A DNA stretch of 32,000 nucleotides from Candidatus Nitrosopumilus koreensis AR1 (GTDB lineage: Archaea; Thermoproteota; Nitrososphaeria; Nitrososphaerales; Nitrosopumilaceae), in contig NC_018655.1 in assembly GCF_000299365.1 (NCBI RefSeq), positions 1,290,001 to 1,322,000 of the forward strand, given 5' to 3'. Below the pieces are notes generated by a model. That model did no database searches, was not told the DNA's origin, and saw only the letters and a list, made by a program, of their open reading frames with translations. Positions within the stretch are counted from its first letter, which is position 1. Each line of letters begins with the position of its first letter. Made by a program: the position numbers and the translations under genes. Below are positions 9,432-16,969 of the stretch, piece by piece.

Positions 9432-9461
9432 AGCCTGCAATCGTATGTAGGCTAAATTTTT
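9432..9461 (+). terminator. short hairpin (AGCCT/AGGCT) followed by a T5 run after the DUF373 gene
   Basis: AGCCT at 9432-9436 pairs with AGGCT at 9449-9453. TTTTT follows at 9457-9461. Archaeal termination mainly needs the oligo-T run. Confidence 0.25.
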
Positions 9462-9534
9462 CAAAAACACTGATATCTTTAATCTTATAGTAATTATCAA
9501 AAGGTGAACTGATATTAGCAAAATTAAAGATGTA

Positions 9535-10305
9535 ATTTTTCAGTTATCAGGTCTATACAAGATTTATGGTAAAAGGTTAGAAAACGAGATTCAGAATGGA
9601 GATATTCCTAACCATGTTGCACTAATTTTAGACGGGAATAGAAGATGGGCCAAAAGGCATCTAACAATTCCAAAGGAAGGGCATTGGAAAGGGGCAGATG
9701 CAGTAGAGAACCTTCTTGATTGGTGTGAGGAATTTAATATCAAAATTGTTACGTTGTATGCACTATCAGCAGAAAACTTGGACAGAAATGATGAAGAATT
9801 AGAACATTTGTATGAATTAATTCGTATGAGATTAGAGAAATTATACAACGATCCACGAATTCACAGATGCAAGATGAGAGTAAAAGGAATAGGAAGAATT
9901 GAGTTGTTGCCTGAATCTATCAAAGAGGTTCTAAAACGATTAGATGATGCTACAAAAAACTATGACAATCATTTTCTAAATATTGCATTAGCATATGGTG
10001 GGCAGTATGAATTAGTTGATGCAGTAAAAAAGATAGGTGAAAAAATTAAAGACGGTCAATTAAATGTTGAAGATATTTCTAAAAAAGAGATAGAATCAAA
10101 TCTTTACACATCACACTTACCACAATCATCGCCAGATATGATTTTGCGTACATCAGGTGAAAAAAGACTTAGTGGTTTTTTGATGTGGCAAAGTGCATAT
10201 AGTGAATTAGTTTTTATGGATATTTTTTGGCCAGAGTTTAGGAAAATAGATTTAATGAGGGCCATCAGGACATTTCAAGAAAGAAAAAGAAGATTGGGAA
10301 AATGA
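9535..10305 (+). CDS. uppS: undecaprenyl/di-trans,poly-cis-prenyl diphosphate synthase (cis-IPTase); true start unresolved
   Basis: The catalytic N-terminal motif PNHVALILDGNRRWAKRH is encoded at 9604-9657, upstream of the track's TTG at 9754. The frame is open back to the stop at 9505-9507 but has no ATG/GTG/TTG. ATT 9535 is given as a placeholder start. Confidence 0.85.
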   Translation: MFQLSGLYKIYGKRLENEIQNGDIPNHVALILDGNRRWAKRHLTIPKEGHWKGADAVENLLDWCEEFNIKIVTLYALSAENLDRNDEELEHLYELIRMRLEKLYNDPRIHRCKMRVKGIGRIELLPESIKEVLKRLDDATKNYDNHFLNIALAYGGQYELVDAVKKIGEKIKDGQLNVEDISKKEIESNLYTSHLPQSSPDMILRTSGEKRLSGFLMWQSAYSELVFMDIFWPEFRKIDLMRAIRTFQERKRRLGK

Positions 10306-10721
10306 TAGAAGAGACATCTGCTGGAATTGTATTGTTTAGAAAAGAAGATTCTAAAAATCTGTTTTTGCTGTTGCATTATCCATCTGGACATTGGGATTTT
10401 GTAAAAGGAAAGATGGAAAAAGGAGAATCAACACACGAAACTGCAATCAGAGAAACAAAAGAAGAAACAGGAATAACAGATATCAATTTTTTAGATGATT
10501 TTGAAGAATGGATAGAATACAATTTTCAATACCAAAAAGAATTGGTTCATAAAAAAGTGGTTTTTTTCCTGGCAGAGACAAAAACTAAGCAAGTAAACAT
10601 TTCACACGAACACTTGGATTATACTTGGATGGATTACAATACTGCAATGGAAAAAACTACATTTGATAATGCAAAAACGGTACTAACAAAAGCTCAAATG
10701 TTACTTACCAAGACTGTCTGA
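10302..10721 (+). CDS. NUDIX hydrolase
   Basis: Nudix box GHWDFVKGKMEKGESTHETAIRETKEETGI (Gx5Ex7REUxEExGU). ATGA overlap with uppS. Confidence 0.85.
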   Translation: MIEETSAGIVLFRKEDSKNLFLLLHYPSGHWDFVKGKMEKGESTHETAIRETKEETGITDINFLDDFEEWIEYNFQYQKELVHKKVVFFLAETKTKQVNISHEHLDYTWMDYNTAMEKTTFDNAKTVLTKAQMLLTKTV

Positions 10722-11447
10722 TTGCAAACTTTTTGCAACATCAATTGGTTTTTTTGCATTGAGAATTGTTCTTCCTACAATCAGATAGTTTGTTCCAGAC
10801 GAAATCACTTCATTTGCATTTCCACCTTGAGTTCCAACTCCAGGAGAAAAGATGTCGAGTTTTTTTCCAGCCTTTTTAGAGCAATACTGAATGATTTTTG
10901 GGAAAGTGGCTCCAACTACAATCCCATCAACTTTTGCAGTTAGGGCCCAATCCAAGAACAGTTGATAGAGTTGCTGTTTTTTTTGCATTTTGACTTCGAT
11001 ATCATAAGACAATTTAGCCTCAGGAGCACTCATGTGGCACAAAGTAATCACACCTTTTCCATTTTTGTGAGCAGATTTTACCAGATTTTTCAAACTATCT
11101 AATCCCATTATCGGATTGGCAATAACTGCGTCAAATCCTAAATTCCACAGGTTTTCTGTAGTTACACGATTTGTGTTACCAATGTCATTTAATTTGATAT
11201 CTGCAATGGTTTGCAAACCATATCTATGAGCTGTTTTGTTTATTTTGAGAATTTGTTTTCCACTTAATGGAAGTAACAAATGAAAATTTAATTTTATTGC
11301 ACAAAGATATGGATGTAGTTTTTTAATATTTGAAAGGGTTTTGGTTTCCAAATTTTTTACAGAAGGATCATAATCATTGGCAAGAATTACTTTGCCGTTA
11401 GTTTTTGCGATCTGTGAAAGTCTAGTTTTGAAGGTGAGCATAATCAA
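10701..11447 (-). CDS. pyrF: orotidine 5'-phosphate decarboxylase
   Basis: Active-site DIKLNDIGNT (DxKxxDIxNT), C-terminal PGVGTQGG and LIVGRTI. Confidence 0.85.
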   Translation of the reverse strand: MIMLTFKTRLSQIAKTNGKVILANDYDPSVKNLETKTLSNIKKLHPYLCAIKLNFHLLLPLSGKQILKINKTAHRYGLQTIADIKLNDIGNTNRVTTENLWNLGFDAVIANPIMGLDSLKNLVKSAHKNGKGVITLCHMSAPEAKLSYDIEVKMQKKQQLYQLFLDWALTAKVDGIVVGATFPKIIQYCSKKAGKKLDIFSPGVGTQGGNANEVISSGTNYLIVGRTILNAKKPIDVAKSLQSDSLGK

Positions 11448-12102
11448 CTAATGGATGAGTGTCTTTTAATTTTATTATTTTGATATACGAATAGCCATGC
11501 TCAGATGGACTGTCAACAAACGTTGGTTCAACAACATTACTTGTAGAAAATTTCAAAAATGGTTTTTCGGGATCATGATCAAGTAACACATGACAAAAAT
11601 AGGAAGTTCCTTCTTCTTGAAAATTCATGAAGACACCAAGAAGCCACTTATCATTGTGTGGAAATAAGAACAAAGGAAATGGTATTTCCTCAAAGCCCCA
11701 AGTAAGTTTTGCAAGACTGGACATGTCTTCTAATTCAATTGGCTGATATCTATCAAGCGTACCATTTCCAGGTTTCAGTGTTTTTGGAAGAGATTTTATT
11801 CGAACAATGGGAGAATACAGTTTGCTAGAATCAGAAGTAGTATCTACAATTTCAGATTCTTCTTTTCCACCCTTTAGTCCATAACGAAGATAGTGGCCAT
11901 TGTGCTCAAGTGGTGTGTAATACACAATTGGTTTTTCTTTTAGAACATCCATTTGTACAGATAGAATTTTTTTGCCATTATGATCATGAAGAAAAGACAC
12001 GCGTGGTGCACGCTCAAGTGCACAAACAAGCCTAGTGAATTCTAAAGTAGAATTAACCTGGATGTAACGTGGTTGTTTATCAACAGTAGTAGATTGTTCC
12101 AC
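11422..12102 (-). CDS. conserved-looking hypothetical protein (226 aa)
   Basis: Long clean ORF with a GTG start and a TATA-like box about 24 nt upstream. Overlaps the pyrF start by 26 nt. No motif recognised. Confidence 0.6.
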   Translation of the reverse strand: MEQSTTVDKQPRYIQVNSTLEFTRLVCALERAPRVSFLHDHNGKKILSVQMDVLKEKPIVYYTPLEHNGHYLRYGLKGGKEESEIVDTTSDSSKLYSPIVRIKSLPKTLKPGNGTLDRYQPIELEDMSSLAKLTWGFEEIPFPLFLFPHNDKWLLGVFMNFQEEGTSYFCHVLLDHDPEKPFLKFSTSNVVEPTFVDSPSEHGYSYIKIIKLKDTHPLVDYAHLQN

Positions 12103-12151
12103 GAAGATGTACGATCAATTAACAAATTAAACTTATCCAAAAATTTGGAGC

Positions 12152-13153
12152 CTAGTTTCTTCTGTCAATTACATCATTGACAGTTGGTCCGGTTCCAATA
12201 ATTGTAACAGGCGTGTTTAATTCATCTTCAATATTTTTTATGAATGCTTTTGCATCATCAGATAATTCATCGTATGAAGTTTTTCCAGCACAATCTGTAA
12301 ACAACACATCCAATTTTGTTATAGAGATTTGCGTTGCGCCATTAAGCATGATTGCACGCCTAGCTAAATCAAAATCAAAATCAGCTGCACGACGTTGACG
12401 GCCAGTTACAGTTCCAAACTCAGACCAGCCCTTCTTTTCAGCCTCCTCAAGTGAGAGTTCTTTGTCAAGAGGTCCCGTTCCCACACGTGTTACATAGGAC
12501 TTGAAGACAACAATTACTTCATCTACTTTAGTGGGACCAAGTCCAATATCAGCACATATTCCTGAAGCAGTTACGTCTTTGGAGGTCACAAAGGGGTATG
12601 TTCCATGCCATAATGAAAGAAATGTTCCTTGAGTTCCTTCAATGAGCACATTTTCATTGTTATCCAAAGCAGAATTAATCTCATAAGGAACATCCACAAT
12701 TAGTGATGATAATGAATCAAAGTCTTTTGCTAATTTTAAGACCCTCATTGCCCTATCAGCATTTGCAGGACCGGTTCCAGAACCCGTACTGCCAATTTTC
12801 TCTTTTAGTTCGCCCTTAGAGTCTCTTGCAAGATGTGTTTGCTCAATTATACCACAGTGTTTATCGATAAATGAGCGACCTGAAACACCAAAATCTTCAA
12901 TCTCTTTTTTTAGTACATCTGGATTAATCACTACGCCAGGGCCAATCATGACTTTGGCATTTTTGTTTAAGAATCCACTTGGAAGCATTCGAACCTTGTA
13001 GACTTTGTCGCCATCTTTTATTGTGTGTCCAGCATTTGGACCAGCACCACCACGAACTATGATTTTTGGATTGTCTTTGATTGCCAAATATGAGATGATC
13101 TTTCCTTTTCCTTCATCTCCAAAAAATCCACCAACTACAACAGTAGATGTCAT
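12152..13153 (-). CDS. purA: adenylosuccinate synthetase (short archaeal type)
   Basis: P-loop GGFFGDEGKGKI, GPNAGHT, GSTGSGTGPA, TVTGRQRR. Confidence 0.95.
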   Translation of the reverse strand: MTSTVVVGGFFGDEGKGKIISYLAIKDNPKIIVRGGAGPNAGHTIKDGDKVYKVRMLPSGFLNKNAKVMIGPGVVINPDVLKKEIEDFGVSGRSFIDKHCGIIEQTHLARDSKGELKEKIGSTGSGTGPANADRAMRVLKLAKDFDSLSSLIVDVPYEINSALDNNENVLIEGTQGTFLSLWHGTYPFVTSKDVTASGICADIGLGPTKVDEVIVVFKSYVTRVGTGPLDKELSLEEAEKKGWSEFGTVTGRQRRAADFDFDLARRAIMLNGATQISITKLDVLFTDCAGKTSYDELSDDAKAFIKNIEDELNTPVTIIGTGPTVNDVIDRRN

Positions 13154-13233
13154 ATTGTTGAACTTGAACTTGGTTTATTTAAGCTAAAGTGGTCTTGTAT
13201 CATTTTATAACCAAGATAGAATTTTCTAGATCG

Positions 13234-13695
13234 ATGGTTGGAGAAAATTTTGCAGGAAACATCATTATTAATTTAGCAAATCTTCCAGACTTTCTTAGAA
13301 ATCCAATTTTAAAAAAACGCATGATGGAATTCTTTTCACTATCAAAACCAGATCAAGATGAAGTGATCAACAACGCATTAGAAGCAGGGCCAACAATTCC
13401 GTTTCCAAATTTTGCAAAGCTTTTCAAAACATGGCTTAAGATTTTAACTACACTTTCAGAAGAACAAAGAGAAGGACTATTTTCTGCATACATTACCGAA
13501 GTCTCACAAAATCCACAAAAATTAATCGCTTTTAATCTAGATGGCATTTTAGAGATTTATCTCACACTAGATGATGGTGAAAAGGAAACACTTGCAAACA
13601 CGGTAAAAAGAATAATCAGCAATCTAGATGAGGATAAAAAGAGAAGAATAATGTTAGTTATTCCAGAAAATGCGAAAAAGCACTTGAAGTTTTAG
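13234..13695 (+). CDS. hypothetical protein (153 aa from ATG 13234)
   Basis: ORF with plausible composition. The track start (GTG 13189) was trimmed to the first ATG. No motif recognised. Confidence 0.5.
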   Translation: MVGENFAGNIIINLANLPDFLRNPILKKRMMEFFSLSKPDQDEVINNALEAGPTIPFPNFAKLFKTWLKILTTLSEEQREGLFSAYITEVSQNPQKLIAFNLDGILEIYLTLDDGEKETLANTVKRIISNLDEDKKRRIMLVIPENAKKHLKF

Positions 13696-13973
13696 GCACC
13701 TGTTGGCTCGTCAGGCTTTCTGTTATCCTCATTTGTATAATCTATAACTTCTCCTTCAGGAGACATTACACCTACAAAGATTTTCTCGTGTTTTTTCAAT
13801 AATTTCCTGTGATCAGGCATGGACATATCAAGTTTCATTTCATTCATTACCATTATTTGGTATTCCTTCCATTCAGCCCAACACTTGTTACAGGTAGGAT
13901 ATTTCTCAGCAACTGGACCCAATTGTTCAGTATCAGGAATATCATTCTTGCATTTTGTACAAGTACGACTCAT
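13692..13973 (-). CDS. YggX-like Fe(2+)-trafficking / oxidative-damage protection protein homologue carrying CxxC pairs
   Basis: MSRTCTKC...CNKCWAEWKEYQIMVMNEMKLDMSMPDHRKLLKKHEKIF aligns by eye with E. coli YggX (MSRTIFC...[33 protein letters not shown]). ATG 13973 sits about 30 nt below an A/T box; the track start at 13985 is the alternative. Confidence 0.65.
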   Translation of the reverse strand: MSRTCTKCKNDIPDTEQLGPVAEKYPTCNKCWAEWKEYQIMVMNEMKLDMSMPDHRKLLKKHEKIFVGVMSPEGEVIDYTNEDNRKPDEPTGA

Positions 13974-14082
13974 AGAAAATAGCAATCTGAAACTCCTTTT
14001 ATCTTTTTAAAATTAACATGAGTATCCACAATTTTTCGAATTTTATATTAAATATGATACCTAGTTCAGATATTTTCTCTAG

Positions 14083-14090
14083 TTTTTTAT
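14083..14090 (+). promoter_or_regulatory. TATA-like box (TTTTTTAT) upstream of 14113 ATG
   Basis: Centre lies about 26 nt upstream of the start codon. Confidence 0.3.
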
Positions 14091-14112
14091 GTCATAAAGC
14101 AGTACTGTATTC

Positions 14113-14298
14113 ATGGTACTTGCATACATTGGAATTGCAATAGGTGTTTTGATAGTGGTAATCTTGATTGCAAAGATTGCAAGAACCAACCCACGTGAGG
14201 TTGCAGGAATAGATAGATATTGCAAAAAATGTGGCCTTGAAACAAAGGGACTTAATTGTCCTAAATGTGAGAAGAAATCCAAGTCATTTGGCGTATAA
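14113..14298 (+). CDS. small TM + zinc-ribbon protein (61 aa)
   Basis: N-terminal TM helix (VLAYIGIAIGVLIVVILIAKIA) then YCKKCG...CPKCEKK. Preferred over the overlapping minus-strand ORF 14079..14366. Confidence 0.5.
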   Translation: MVLAYIGIAIGVLIVVILIAKIARTNPREVAGIDRYCKKCGLETKGLNCPKCEKKSKSFGV

Positions 14299-14380
14299 TT
14301 CATAGTAGGTTCTAAACCATATTCAGTAAAACAACTATGTGAATGTAAAGTAATAATAATTAACAAAGATCAAATCATTC

Positions 14381-14590
14381 ATGAAGATAAAGTGTCCTAA
14401 ATGCAAAGAAGATGCAGAATTGGCACCAGATTTTTCTTTTGTAAAATGTGGATCTTGTGATTTAGACATGAGTTATGGAGAATATATCAAATTTGTAGCA
14501 CATAATGAAGCAACATATTCAGACATACTTGGAGACTATGCAGGCAGTACAGAAGGACAAACTGCAGGGTCATTAGACGAATGGGATTAA
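14381..14590 (+). CDS. small zinc-ribbon protein (69 aa)
   Basis: CPKCKEDAELAPDFSFVKCGSCD zinc-ribbon knuckles with an acidic tail. An A/T box lies about 28 nt upstream. Confidence 0.5.
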   Translation: MKIKCPKCKEDAELAPDFSFVKCGSCDLDMSYGEYIKFVAHNEATYSDILGDYAGSTEGQTAGSLDEWD

Positions 14591-14650
14591 AACCAGAGTA
14601 AAATCATCCATCAGATTAAAATAATTAGTTTAGCAAGTTTCTAAACATCA

Positions 14651-15292
14651 TTGGAATTTTTATTAGAAAATATACTTAACCTTATAGGATTTTTGGTAGG
14701 CCTTGGAATCGGAATAATGTCATTAATTGGGTTTAGAAATACTGGCAGTCCAACATTATTTAGATTAACTATTGCGTTTTTTTCAATTAGTTTAGGGTTC
14801 TTTGTAATTTGGGCAGGATATATGGCAGAAGACTTTGTCACAAAATCAGGAAACATAGAAAGATGGGTACAAACATTAGGAATTGCAATTCAAACAGTAG
14901 GATACTTTTTCATTGCGTTTTCACATAGCATAAAATCATTTTTTCCAAAATCAAGTTACTTTAGATCAGTTGGAATCTTACCATTGTTTTTAGTTTCATC
15001 TGTTCAACTAGAGCATCTCTTTAGATCAGTGTCATTCATTTTGTTAGCATATGGTGCAATTGAAACCATGCTATCATATTTGGACAATAGGAACAAAGGT
15101 GCAATTTCTGTTTCAGTAGGGTTAGCATTATTAGCATTGGGTGAGTTTTTGGGATGGTATTCATTTGTATTCCCAGAATCAATTCTGTATTCTGTATCAA
15201 TGGTAATCAAAATTGGTGGCTTGGTTGCACTGTTCATTCCAGTTAGTAAGGTTCCTCTAACCAAAATAAAATTTGATGAAGGATTGGAATAA
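14651..15292 (+). CDS. multi-pass integral membrane protein (213 aa)
   Basis: At least six hydrophobic helices. TTG start with an A/T box about 30 nt upstream. No family recognised. Confidence 0.6.
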   Translation: MEFLLENILNLIGFLVGLGIGIMSLIGFRNTGSPTLFRLTIAFFSISLGFFVIWAGYMAEDFVTKSGNIERWVQTLGIAIQTVGYFFIAFSHSIKSFFPKSSYFRSVGILPLFLVSSVQLEHLFRSVSFILLAYGAIETMLSYLDNRNKGAISVSVGLALLALGEFLGWYSFVFPESILYSVSMVIKIGGLVALFIPVSKVPLTKIKFDEGLE

Positions 15293-15410
15293 TTTCAATC
15301 TAGGCTCAAAATTTAACAAAATGCAAAATTTGTCAAATTCTTTTATCTTTTTAGTATATTGGAAAATATCAACGTCCTATCATAGAAATTATCAAAATAA
15401 TTTGTAGAAA

Positions 15411-15698
15411 ATGGCAGAGTATAGAACCCACATGAAAATTATCGGAGACATTCTATCAACTACTAGAGATGACCTTCAGGACGAGGATGGAGCAACAGTA
15501 ACTTATCTAATCAGAAAAGCAAACATTTCTCATTCCAGAATTTCAAGAATTTTAAAGACATTAGTTTCTCAAGGACTATTAGAGCAAGTAGACACTCAAG
15601 GTTCAAACAAGTACAAGATCAGTCAGACAGGTAGAGAATTCCTTCAAGCATATTACAAATTTACAAGCTTTGCAGATAACTTTGGATTAAGCATTTAG
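15411..15698 (+). CDS. small winged-helix DNA-binding protein (COG3432-like)
   Basis: YLIRKANISHSRISRILKTLVSQGLLEQV...YKISQTGREFLQAY. Clear paralogue of 22647..22928, sharing the C-terminal F..A(D/E)(N/S)FGL motif. Confidence 0.7.
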   Translation: MAEYRTHMKIIGDILSTTRDDLQDEDGATVTYLIRKANISHSRISRILKTLVSQGLLEQVDTQGSNKYKISQTGREFLQAYYKFTSFADNFGLSI

Positions 15699-15775
15699 TC
15701 TTCTTCATCTAAATTATCTAGATCATCATCAAAATCATCTTCAAAATCTGTATCCTCATAATTTGACTCAGACAT
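15695..15775 (-). CDS. possible 26-aa highly acidic micro-protein (MSESNYEDTDFEDDFDDDLDNLDEED)
   Basis: Own translation. ATG at 15775 and TAA at 15695-15697, overlapping the stop of the wHTH gene. Shares an A/T box with divergent sua5. Very short, so weak. Confidence 0.2.
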   Translation of the reverse strand: MSESNYEDTDFEDDFDDDLDNLDEED

Positions 15776-15821
15776 ACTGTACAATAGAAAAAATTTACTG
15801 TTAAAAACTTTTCAAAAGAAA

Positions 15822-16451
15822 ATGGTAATTAAACAAAAAAAAGAAGGCAAAGCATTGAAAGTAGATTGTAATAAAGAGGGAATTGAAAAAGCATCTCAAA
15901 TAGTTGAGAATGGCGGAATAGTTGTTTTTCCAACAGACACGGTATATGGTATAGGTTGTAACCCTTACAACAAAAAATCAGTGGAAAAAATTTATGAGAT
16001 AAAGTCAAGAGACGTTGCAAAATCATTTCCAGTTTTAGTTTACTCAAAGGAGATAGCTAGTCAGATTGCTCATTTTGATAAAGTTGCAGAAAAAATTGCA
16101 AAGAAATTTTGGCCAGGTCCACTAACAATTATTTTGAAACTAACTGACAATAAATTAAAAGAATCATTAAATTTGAAAGACAAAATTGCACTAAGAGTTC
16201 CAAATCACAACTGCACGTTACAATTACTGAAAAGATGTAATTGTCTAATTGGTACCAGTGCAAATGTTTCAGGACAATCATCATTTTTTGATCCTCAAGA
16301 ATGTATCAAAAATGTAGAAAATTATGATATTTTTGTTGATGGAGGAACAATTACAAGCAAAGGTGAATCAACAATTATTGAAATAGAAAATGACGAGATC
16401 AAGGTTATCAGGGAAGGCTCTTTGAGCAAAGAGGAGATTTTAGACGCATGA
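15822..16451 (+). CDS. tsaC: L-threonylcarbamoyladenylate synthase (YrdC/Sua5/TsaC family, single-domain form)
   Basis: GGIVVFPTDTVYGIGCNPYN, SFPVLV, FWPGPLTIIL, LRVPNH, GTSANVSGQ. Confidence 0.9.
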   Translation: MVIKQKKEGKALKVDCNKEGIEKASQIVENGGIVVFPTDTVYGIGCNPYNKKSVEKIYEIKSRDVAKSFPVLVYSKEIASQIAHFDKVAEKIAKKFWPGPLTIILKLTDNKLKESLNLKDKIALRVPNHNCTLQLLKRCNCLIGTSANVSGQSSFFDPQECIKNVENYDIFVDGGTITSKGESTIIEIENDEIKVIREGSLSKEEILDA

Positions 16452-16969
16452 ATTTGATAATCACATGTGCCAGACACCTTGAAACCGAAACAGAAGATGA
16501 ACTAAGGGGATTTTTAGAAGAGTTTGGAGATTCTGATCCCAAAGTTACAATTACAAATATGTCAGGTATTTTGACTGCTGAAACAAAGTTAGATCCAATT
16601 GAGGTCGTAGGAAAAATCAAGGAAATGCTTCTTGATGAGCCATGGAGTGTAAGATATTGTTTGAGAATTATTCCAATTCAAAGAGTAGTTGAAACAAAAA
16701 TCGAAGAGATAGAAAATGTTGCTGCAGAGATGGCTGAAAAAATTTCAAAGGATGAAAAGTATAGAATTTCAATTGAGAAAAGAAATTCAGATTTGTCTAG
16801 CAAAGAGATTATTTCAAAAATTGCAAACAAGATAAAAAATCATGTATCACTGGAGTTTCCAGACAAAGTTGTCTTAATTGAGATTTTAGGAAATAAAACT
16901 GGCATGTCCATACTAAAAAAATCAGACATCCTAAGTACGGAGAAGACCAAGCGCAGCATTTCAGAGTAA
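16448..16969 (+). CDS. THUMP-domain protein
   Basis: N-terminal LIITCARHLETETEDEL pattern and C-terminal RISIEKRNSDLSSKEI...VVLIEILGN, typical of small archaeal THUMP proteins. ATGA overlap with tsaC. Confidence 0.65.
   Translation: MNLIITCARHLETETEDELRGFLEEFGDSDPKVTITNMSGILTAETKLDPIEVVGKIKEMLLDEPWSVRYCLRIIPIQRVVETKIEEIENVAAEMAEKISKDEKYRISIEKRNSDLSSKEIISKIANKIKNHVSLEFPDKVVLIEILGNKTGMSILKKSDILSTEKTKRSISE

Noticed and set aside
9462-9513. Possible C/D-box sRNA (two ACTGATAT copies about 38 nt apart giving CTGA D-box-like motifs)
   Set aside because: No C box (RUGAUGA) and no terminal stem could be found. The region more probably holds the uppS promoter.
13189-13233. GTG-initiated 15-codon extension of the 13189..13695 ORF
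   Set aside because: The first ATG (13234) gives a more conventional start. The extension begins only 36 nt from the divergent purA start, leaving no room for a promoter.
14079-14366. 95-aa minus-strand ORF
   Set aside because: It overlaps the whole plus-strand TM + zinc-ribbon ORF (14113..14298), which has a properly spaced A/T box and a coherent domain layout. The minus-strand product looks like a shadow ORF.
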